Below the pieces are notes generated by a model that did no database searches, was not told where the DNA came from, and saw nothing but the letters and a program-made list of their open reading frames with translations. This document shows, piece by piece, positions 33,655 to 40,329 of a stretch of DNA of 64,000 bases (positions are counted from its first letter, which is position 1; every line of letters begins with the position of its first letter). The translations under genes and the position numbers were made by a program. The DNA comes from an uncultured Chloroflexia bacterium (GTDB taxonomy: Bacteria > Chloroflexota > Dehalococcoidia > Dehalococcoidales > RBG-16-60-22), in contig CAVUAE010000002.1 of assembly GCA_963739395.1 (NCBI GenBank), forward strand, positions 26,384 to 90,383, read 5' to 3'.

Positions 33655-35931
33655 ATGTTTAAATTTATACAAAAATCAGGGGTGATATTGATAACGATTT
33701 TTTTCGCGTTGACGTTATTGTTAGCTTCATGCAGTTCAACGACTAATACATCAGCAACACTACCTGATTCAGACGCTATTCCGTCGGAAATAAACCAGTA
33801 TGCTGCGGATTGGCCACTACCTAATATGGACTACGCTAATACCCGGGCTACGAAAACTTCTAATATAAATTCCGACAACGTGAAAAATCTTGGTGTTGAC
33901 TGGGCTCTGCCGCTGCCGGGTCAGGGAATCTACGGGGCGGCATCGACTACCCCTATTATTATGGGTGATACTGTATATTTCCAGGATTTAGGTAATAATA
34001 TCTTCGCTGTTGACCTGGCGACCGGGACGATTAAATGGAAGGTGCTTTTTAATGAGCCAAATATCGGTCCTAATGGAATTGCCGTAGGCTGGGGAAAAGT
34101 CTTTGGCAGTTCCGACCCATATAATATCGTCGCTCTTGATATGAACACCGGCAAGCAGATTTGGAAAACTCAAATTTCAACCCAGCCGACGACCGGTATC
34201 GATATTCAGCCGAATGTTTATGGAAATGAAGTTTTGGTTTCTACCGTGCCCGGCACCAGCGGCGGCGATTTTTATTCCGGCGGCAGTTATGGCTCTATTT
34301 ATGCTCTGGACCAGATGACCGGCGATATTGACTGGAGCTTTGCTACCGTAGATTCTCCCGGTATCTGGGGTAATAAAGATGTTAATAGCGGCGGCGGTAG
34401 CTGGTATCCTCCGGCTGTGGACGCCAATACCAGTACGACTTATTGGGGAATCGGCAATCCAGCTCCTTGGCCCGGAACCGCAACCTTCCCCAATGGTTCC
34501 AGTCGACCGGGACCCAACCTTTACACCGACTCTATGGTCGCGTTGGACGCACAGACAGGAGAGCTAAATTGGTATACCCAGGTCAATCAACACGATAACA
34601 CCGACGCTGACTTCCAAATATCTCCAATCCTCGCCAAGGCTAATATCAGCGGCGTCCAACAGGATATTGTTATTGGCGCCGGTAAACTGGGTAAAGTAAT
34701 TGCTTTCAACCGTGAGACCGGTGCCATCCTCTGGATAACTAATGTAGGCATACATCAGAATGACCAACTGGCTAATATACCCGAAGAAGGAGTGAGAGTG
34801 TATCCCGGTATTTTTGGCGGTGTGGAAACCCCTATGGCTTACGCCGATGGCATAGTCTATGTGCCAGTGGTCAATCTTTATGCCGAATATATACCAAGCA
34901 CGGTGACCGGAATCCAATCATTCGATACGGGCACTGGTGAACTGGTCGCTATTGACGTAAATACCGGCAAAATCCTCTGGGACAAAACCTTTAACTCCAT
35001 CGATGTCGGCGGAGCAACCGTAGTAAACGATTTAGTCTTCACTTCCACCTTTGATGGCAAAGTATATGCCTTTAAAGCGGCAACCGGTGAACAGGTATGG
35101 ACTTATCAGGCTCCGGGTGCGGTTAACGCCTGGCCGGCTTTCGCTGGAGACACGATGCTTTTACCCGTTGGGCTTGCTTCTCCTTTCCCAGTCTTGATGG
35201 TACTAAAGTTAGGAGCTAATGCACCCAATGTCACCATGTTGCCACTTGATGGTGAAAATATTGAAGCTGGCGACATTACCGTATCCGCAATGGCGCTGAA
35301 TTTCAATCTCGTAGATAAACTTAGCGGCGCTAACGTTGCCGGCGAAGGGCATTTACACTACTTCATGGATGTCGACGCCCCAACAACACCGAATCAGGCG
35401 GCCGTGCCGTCGACAGGTGTTTATTTCGCCACCGCCAATACTTCATATACCTTTAAGAATGTTACGCCTGGCACGCATACCTTCTCGGTAGAGCTGGTTA
35501 ATAACGACCACACGCCATTAGTGCCAGCCGTGGTAGCTAAGGTTACGGTCAATGTGACTACACCAACGCCGAAAATAACAATATCTTTACCGCAGAATCG
35601 TTCCGCAGTAAAGCCCGGTGATATCACGATTAGCGTTCAAGTAAGTAACTTTAACCTTGTCGATAAGATAGGGCAGGCTGCAGTTAGCGGCGAAGGGCAT
35701 ATCATTTACTACCTGGATGTCGTAGCGCCAACTATTGCCGATAAAGCCGCTACTACTGATGCCGGCACTTATGCGGTAACTGCTGCAACTTCCTATACCT
35801 GGAAGAATGTAGCCGCTGGCACACATAACTTCTTTGTCCAGCTGGTAAATAACGATAATACACCGTTAAGTCCGCCGATAGTCGCCAAAATAGTTGTTGC
35901 GGTGACGTCAGCCAGCGGTGGCGGACCTTAA
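33655..35931 (+). CDS. PQQ-dehydrogenase-like beta-propeller lipoprotein with two C-terminal DUF4399-like domains
   Basis: 758 aa. Lipobox LLLASCSS. The N-terminus W..PN.DYANTRATK...NV.NLGVDWA......TTPII.GDTVYF......IFAVDLATGTIKWK is typical of quinoprotein propellers. The C-terminus has two ~116-aa repeats containing GEGHLHYFMD / GEGHIIYYLD. Confidence 0.8.
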   Translation: MFKFIQKSGVILITIFFALTLLLASCSSTTNTSATLPDSDAIPSEINQYAADWPLPNMDYANTRATKTSNINSDNVKNLGVDWALPLPGQGIYGAASTTPIIMGDTVYFQDLGNNIFAVDLATGTIKWKVLFNEPNIGPNGIAVGWGKVFGSSDPYNIVALDMNTGKQIWKTQISTQPTTGIDIQPNVYGNEVLVSTVPGTSGGDFYSGGSYGSIYALDQMTGDIDWSFATVDSPGIWGNKDVNSGGGSWYPPAVDANTSTTYWGIGNPAPWPGTATFPNGSSRPGPNLYTDSMVALDAQTGELNWYTQVNQHDNTDADFQISPILAKANISGVQQDIVIGAGKLGKVIAFNRETGAILWITNVGIHQNDQLANIPEEGVRVYPGIFGGVETPMAYADGIVYVPVVNLYAEYIPSTVTGIQSFDTGTGELVAIDVNTGKILWDKTFNSIDVGGATVVNDLVFTSTFDGKVYAFKAATGEQVWTYQAPGAVNAWPAFAGDTMLLPVGLASPFPVLMVLKLGANAPNVTMLPLDGENIEAGDITVSAMALNFNLVDKLSGANVAGEGHLHYFMDVDAPTTPNQAAVPSTGVYFATANTSYTFKNVTPGTHTFSVELVNNDHTPLVPAVVAKVTVNVTTPTPKITISLPQNRSAVKPGDITISVQVSNFNLVDKIGQAAVSGEGHIIYYLDVVAPTIADKAATTDAGTYAVTAATSYTWKNVAAGTHNFFVQLVNNDNTPLSPPIVAKIVVAVTSASGGGP
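35227..35925 (+). repeat. Intragenic tandem duplication (2 x 348 bp) encoding the DUF4399-like domains
   Basis: GGCGACATTACC at 35269 and GGTGATATCACG at 35617 mark equivalent positions 348 bp apart. The protein repeats align along their full length. Confidence 0.75.
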
Positions 35932-35962
35932 ACAGCAATTAAACCATTTAGATAGGTAGACT

Positions 35963-35991
35963 GATGCAGATACCTGCCATCCGCATCTTTT
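35963..35991 (+). terminator. Rho-independent terminator after the propeller gene
   Basis: GATGCAGAT (35963-35971) pairs with ATCCGCATC (35979-35987) with 1 mismatch, then TTTT. Confidence 0.5.
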
Positions 35992-36077
35992 ATGGTAGAA
36001 GCAGTGCACCTATTGAAGTACAATTATCAGCCAGCGGTATCGGTACAATAATAAATGACCTGGTAACTCTAAAATAT

Positions 36078-36123
36078 ATAATAAAGGGCAGGCTTCTTTA
36101 GCTTTCGCCTTAGAAGCCTGCCC
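36078..36123 (-). terminator. Rho-independent terminator of the cupredoxin transcript
   Basis: 12-bp stem GGGCAGGCTTCT (36086-36097) with AGAAGCCTGCCC (36112-36123). The T-rich tract lies on the minus-strand side. Confidence 0.6.
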
Positions 36124-36356
36124 TAAAGGTCGTTCCACTACTCCTCCCTTTTGGTTTCCTTCGCCAAATGCCCGTTTGAATCGGTCGGGCTTTTCACCAA
36201 TTTACGAGGAGCTCGGGAACCTTCCTGTAAAATGCCCCTTCATATTAATCTTCACATCACCTCACTTCTTTCTTTTCTCTCTTCCCCACCACCCTTATTA
36301 TCATTTTAATTTTAGATAACGTAGTGTTCTGTGACTTTTATCACGACATCAGGAAA

Positions 36357-36911
36357 CTACTGCACCACAAATGTGCCGGTCATGATGGTTGGGTGCACAT
36401 CGCACCGGAAGAAATAGTTACCGGGAGTAGTCGGTGCGGTAAAAGTATAGGTAATTGTTCCACGTCCAATTATTTGGCCGACGAAGATTGAGGTCGAAGC
36501 ATTGGAATTAGTATAAAGGGCGAAGTTATGGGATACGCTGTCTCTATTATCGAAATTAATCGTCACTAAAGCGCCGGCCGAAACCGTTATCGTGTTTTTA
36601 TCAAAAGCCATGTTCTGCGCCACGAGATTAATGGTAACGCTAGCCGGGACTGGCGTCGTGGTAGTTGGCGGGGTTATAGTTGTCGGTGGTGGCGTAATCG
36701 TTGTTGGGGGTGTAGTTGTTGTTGGCAGTGTAGTCGTTGGCGGAGGTGTGGTGGTAGTTGGCGCGGGTGTTGTATTGGTAGGAACAGGTGTAGTCGGGGT
36801 AGGAGCAGGGGTGTTAGTCGCTGTGGTGTAAGCATTACATGCTGTAAGAATAACCAGTGCTACAATAGCTATGATAACCGTAATATAACTAAAACCAATT
36901 CTTTTATTCAT
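36357..36911 (-). CDS. Membrane-tethered type-1 copper protein (cupredoxin, plastocyanin/amicyanin-like) with Thr/Pro-rich linker
   Basis: Lipoprotein-like signal VILTAC, an approximately 60-aa T/P linker and copper ligands H..(N)..C-DV-H-PTIM-M (FFRCDVHPTIMTG). Start moved to MNKRIG (ATG at 36911), behind GGAGA. Confidence 0.85.
   Translation of the reverse strand: MNKRIGFSYITVIIAIVALVILTACNAYTTATNTPAPTPTTPVPTNTTPAPTTTTPPPTTTLPTTTTPPTTITPPPTTITPPTTTTPVPASVTINLVAQNMAFDKNTITVSAGALVTINFDNRDSVSHNFALYTNSNASTSIFVGQIIGRGTITYTFTAPTTPGNYFFRCDVHPTIMTGTFVVQ
36645..36825 (-). repeat. Low-complexity coding repeat (Thr/Pro linker)
   Basis: Reiterated ACC/ACA/CCA codons. The mirror strand gives the spurious Gly/Val-rich ORF 36592..36831. 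Confidence 0.6.
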
Positions 36912-37057
36912 TTTTTCTCCTTCTGTTTTTTGTTTATTTGGTGACATAACTCATACCTCCTCTAACAATATCTCAAGCGGTTATCCCCGCCTCCGGACCC
37001 AAAACACATCTTTAATCATGTTTCTACGTTTAATTTTAAGAGGTAGTGAATAGAATA

Positions 37058-37097
37058 GTTATAAAACGAGGACGAAAAAGATTACAAAATCATGACA
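37058..37097 (-). promoter_or_regulatory. Pho-box-like operator/promoter, copy 2 (drives the cupredoxin gene)
   Basis: Minus strand: TGTCATGATTTTGTAA, 18-nt spacer, TATAAC. Confidence 0.6.
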
Positions 37098-37125
37098 TTT
37101 AATAAAGATATTCTAATTGTAAAAA

Positions 37126-37166
37126 TGACACAATTTTGTAATTATTTCAGAATGCCATTTTATGAC
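37126..37166 (+). promoter_or_regulatory. Pho-box-like operator/promoter, copy 3 (degenerate; drives 37219-37800)
   Basis: TGACACAATTTTGTAA (37126-37141), 19-nt spacer, TATGAC (37161-37166). It sits back-to-back with copy 2. Confidence 0.5.
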
Positions 37167-37218
37167 TTTGGCATTGATTACTGTATAGAATTTTAGAGTC
37201 AGGCTATCTGGAGAGCGA

Positions 37219-37449
37219 GTGAAGATGGTGATGTTAGTTAACGAAAAGAAGGTTGCTGCAGGGTCAGGACGAAAGGCTGCACCTCAAGTTGATGAGGTAC
37301 TGGCATTTTGCCCAGGGTGTAAGGCTCTCCAGACAGTCTGGCTTAATGACAATATGCTAATGCCGACGCGTAAATTTACCCAGGTTGGTAGCCAGATCTA
37401 CCATAACTGCGGCTTTAAAGAACCGTGCCGTTTATACTATACCTCTTAA
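37219..37449 (+). CDS. Small Cys-rich protein (possible zinc ribbon)
   Basis: 76 aa. CPGC...HNCGFKEPC. GTG start. Confidence 0.5.
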   Translation: MKMVMLVNEKKVAAGSGRKAAPQVDEVLAFCPGCKALQTVWLNDNMLMPTRKFTQVGSQIYHNCGFKEPCRLYYTS

Positions 37450-37497
37450 GGCTTGTTACGAATATAAGGAGTCTACGAAAAAGAAAGGTGGCTGAAA

Positions 37498-37800
37498 ATG
37501 AGTGCAAGAGCTTACATGTTACTGGATATCTTGGAAGAAAAATCAGGAGATGCGGTACAAACTTTAAAACACATTACCGGAGTTACCCTCGCCGATACTC
37601 TTGAAGGGCACCCCAATATTCTTGTTATGTTAGAAGCCGCCAACCGGCAAAAGCTGGTTGAACTGATGATGCCTGTGCTTAATGCCATAGATCGGATTAC
37701 CGAGGACCTACATTTATTGGTGAACCGAGAGAACCAATTAGCACCTCGTATTATCGATACTAGTGACGCGGGATTACTACTTAAACATTCGTTAAATTAA
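37498..37800 (+). CDS. Stand-alone Lrp/AsnC-type ligand-binding (RAM-like) domain protein
   Basis: 100 aa. The pattern AYMLLDI...V..L..ITGV.......PNILVMLEA resembles AsnC_trans_reg domains (recall). AAGGTGG RBS. Confidence 0.45.
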   Translation: MSARAYMLLDILEEKSGDAVQTLKHITGVTLADTLEGHPNILVMLEAANRQKLVELMMPVLNAIDRITEDLHLLVNRENQLAPRIIDTSDAGLLLKHSLN

Positions 37801-37903
37801 CGCAGTGAAGTGTTAGACTAGTAAATAACACGGGAATTCTGACTAATATAAAAACCGTTGCTTTTATCTAATAGCGTTGCTTAGAATTTCAATGACCCGC
37901 AGA

Positions 37904-38176
37904 TTATTCCGCTTCAGCTACCTTTTGAGCTAGCTTCTTATTGACTATTATACGATTGCGCTCAATCCTGATTGTGCCATCATTAAACAAAGACTTGAGC
38001 GACAAGTGAACCAAATCCCAGCCTACGCCAAGTGTCGTCGCAATATCCCGCTGCGTCAAGTGGTTATGCTGATTATTGGCATGTTCTAATAATATTTTAG
38101 CCACGTGACTTCTAACCCGGGGCAAAGACCGGTCGTATCCGGCTAGTGTCGTTGATTCTCTATCGAATGTCATCAC
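37904..38176 (-). CDS. Small winged-helix DNA-binding protein
   Basis: 90 aa. LTQRDIATTLGVGWDLVHLSLKSLFNDGTIRI is a wHTH pattern. Confidence 0.6.
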   Translation of the reverse strand: MMTFDRESTTLAGYDRSLPRVRSHVAKILLEHANNQHNHLTQRDIATTLGVGWDLVHLSLKSLFNDGTIRIERNRIIVNKKLAQKVAEAE

Positions 38177-38207
38177 TCTGAAATTCTAATCTGCGGGCGC
38201 TGGAAAA

Positions 38208-38247
38208 GTCATAAAATAGAAGCAATAAATATTACAAAACTATGACA
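38208..38247 (-). promoter_or_regulatory. Pho-box-like operator/promoter, copy 4 (drives the wHTH gene)
   Basis: Minus strand: TGTCATAGTTTTGTAA, 18-nt spacer, TATGAC. Confidence 0.6.
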
Positions 38248-38280
38248 TTCGTAAAGGAGAAATTTAGCAGGAGAAAAGGT

Positions 38281-38982
38281 TTAGTCGGCAGCTTCGTCGA
38301 TGATGTAGCCAGTCTTGGGGACAGTACGAACTAGGGTAGGATGGCTAGGGTCTTGTTCCGTTTTACGCCTTAAGCGGCTCATCCAGGTTCTTAATATCTG
38401 TACGTCGTCACGGTATTCCGGTCCCCAGACTCTGGTCAACAATTCACCATAAAGCATCAACTTACCTCGATTGCGGGCGAGCTCACTTAAGAGGAGCCAC
38501 TCGATACGGGTAAGCTGAACCTCTTTACCATTGACGTTAACTAAGCGGTTTTTGAGGTTGATGGTAACATACCCTAGTGTTATAGAATCGACGACCTTAC
38601 GGTTTTCCTCGGGCTCCAGGCGGCGTCTTACGGCTTCTATCCGGGCAACCAACTCATCGGGATTAAATGGTTTTGCCAGATAGTCATCGGCACCGAGCTT
38701 TAAGCCCTTTATCTTATCGGTATTAGCTTCGCGGGCGCTTAGGATGATAACCGGTATGGAAGATACCGACCTGACTTGCTTTAACGTTTCAAAGCCATCC
38801 ATGCCGGGCATAACGACATCGAGGACAAGCAGGTCTGGTTCTTGCGCTTGAAGCTGAGCCAGAGCTTCCTGGCCGTTATTGGCAGAAAGTACGTCATAGC
38901 CTGAATTTTTTAGCTTCAGGTCGAGAAACTTGAGTATGCGCGGCTCATCATCGACGATGAGGACACGAAATCGTTTGACCAT
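38281..38982 (-). CDS. OmpR/PhoB-family response regulator (REC + winged-helix)
   Basis: FRVLIVDDEP...DLLVLDVVMPGMDG...KP, and a C-terminal trans_reg_C region (LTRIEWLLLSEL...VRTVPKTGY). The ATG at 38982 is preferred over the GTG at 39009. Confidence 0.9.
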   Translation of the reverse strand: MVKRFRVLIVDDEPRILKFLDLKLKNSGYDVLSANNGQEALAQLQAQEPDLLVLDVVMPGMDGFETLKQVRSVSSIPVIILSAREANTDKIKGLKLGADDYLAKPFNPDELVARIEAVRRRLEPEENRKVVDSITLGYVTINLKNRLVNVNGKEVQLTRIEWLLLSELARNRGKLMLYGELLTRVWGPEYRDDVQILRTWMSRLRRKTEQDPSHPTLVRTVPKTGYIIDEAAD

Positions 38983-39081
38983 ACCGTCCTGCTGAATTGA
39001 GTTGTACACAAATAATAATTGCCGGCGTAGAGAATTGTCAACTATTAAACTTTATTCCCTGCGCCGGCAGTTTCCCTTTAT

Positions 39082-39690
39082 TTATGGTTTTTGCTGTCCA
39101 AAATAGCCGTTATAAGTACTATAAACTCTGGAAACCAGTTCACCGGCATTAGGATTTTGCCAGTCATGCATCCATTCCGATACGACTTGCATCCAGGTGC
39201 AGGGCACAACACCCGCTTGTATCATACGTTTTATCGCCATCTCATGAGCATCTTTAGATTCCGATGAAGCGGCATCCATGACACCGTAGACACAAAAGCC
39301 TTCGCGTAAACCACGCAGCGCTGTGAAAGCCATGCACATACTGGTCCACAGCCCCGAAAGCACCAGCTGTTTCCTGTTGGTTTTCTTTACGGCGCTGAAA
39401 ACGTCTTTATCTTCGAACGCATCGAAAGAAGGCATTTTACGGTCGATGACGGTAATACCGGGGAACATCTCGACAATTTCCGGTAGGAATGCCCCGTTCA
39501 TTTTGGCGTTGATGGTAGTCAGTACGGTAGGCACTCCCAGAATTTCGGCGCCTTTCGCTAGCGCCATAACGCTGTTTTTCACATAGGTAGGGTCAACAGC
39601 GCTGGCACCCCAGAACATTCTTGCCTGGTAGTCTACCAGTAATAGAACGCTGTTTTTGGCGACTAAGGGGTCTAAAATTGTATTTTCCAT
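39082..39690 (-). CDS. Isochorismatase-family cysteine hydrolase
   Basis: 202 aa. VLLLVDYQ and SGLWTSMCM (catalytic Cys context). GGAGGAGG RBS. Confidence 0.85.
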   Translation of the reverse strand: MENTILDPLVAKNSVLLLVDYQARMFWGASAVDPTYVKNSVMALAKGAEILGVPTVLTTINAKMNGAFLPEIVEMFPGITVIDRKMPSFDAFEDKDVFSAVKKTNRKQLVLSGLWTSMCMAFTALRGLREGFCVYGVMDAASSESKDAHEMAIKRMIQAGVVPCTWMQVVSEWMHDWQNPNAGELVSRVYSTYNGYFGQQKP

Positions 39691-39757
39691 TTTACCTCCT
39701 CCGAGTATTAATGTGTGGTTTTAACCATTAATAATGTATATCCGGGCACATTGAATA

Positions 39758-39797
39758 GTTATAAAGTTGGGTTGTTAATAATTACAAAACTATGACA
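39758..39797 (-). promoter_or_regulatory. Pho-box-like operator/promoter, copy 5 (drives the isochorismatase/OmpR-RR operon)
   Basis: Minus strand: TGTCATAGTTTTGTAA, 18-nt spacer, TATAAC. It shares TTTATAACTATTCA with copy 2. Confidence 0.6.
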
Positions 39798-39833
39798 AAA
39801 TATCTAACTTGTTTTAAAGCCGGCAACCGAAAA

Positions 39834-39873
39834 TGTCATAGATTTGTAATGTATTTTATGTGTTTTTTATGAT
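39834..39873 (+). promoter_or_regulatory. Pho-box-like operator/promoter, copy 6 (drives the CheY-like gene)
   Basis: TGTCATAGATTTGTAA (39834-39849), 18-nt spacer, TATGAT (39868-39873). It sits back-to-back with copy 5. Confidence 0.6.
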
Positions 39874-39956
39874 ACTTTGATTTTGTACAAGGTATAATAA
39901 GGATAATCAATTTAAGATGCTACTGATAAAAAAAAATAGGGGTCTGAATAGCATTT

Positions 39957-40328
39957 ATGGTTGAACCAGATAAGAAAAAATTAGTCCTGGTGGTTGATGA
40001 CCATCCCCGTGTTCTGACTTTTATTGAGATAGATTTAAAACTTCGCGGCTTTAATGTTATCACCACAAGCGCCGGTGAGAAGGTTCCGGAGTTAGTAAAA
40101 TCAGCTAAACCGGATATTGTGCTTTTAGATATGGTGATGCCGGTAATGGATGGTTTTGAGATATTAAAGAAAATACGCGCCTTTTCAGATTTACCAGTAA
40201 TTGCTTTCAGCGCCAGTCCGGGGAATCAGGATTTAGCCTTGAACGCCGGCGCGAATGATTTTATGCATAAGCCTTTTGACCCTGATGACATGGTCAAAAA
40301 AATCAAAGAGCTTTTAAAACAAAAATAA
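39957..40328 (+). CDS. Single-domain (CheY-like) response regulator
   Basis: 123 aa. LVLVVDDHP...DIVLLDMVMPVMDG...KP. Confidence 0.85.
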   Translation: MVEPDKKKLVLVVDDHPRVLTFIEIDLKLRGFNVITTSAGEKVPELVKSAKPDIVLLDMVMPVMDGFEILKKIRAFSDLPVIAFSASPGNQDLALNAGANDFMHKPFDPDDMVKKIKELLKQK

Positions 40329-40329
40329 G

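Noticed and set aside
36592-36831. 79-aa Gly/Val-rich ORF on the plus strand
   Set aside because: It is the mirror image of the Thr/Pro linker codons of the cupredoxin gene.
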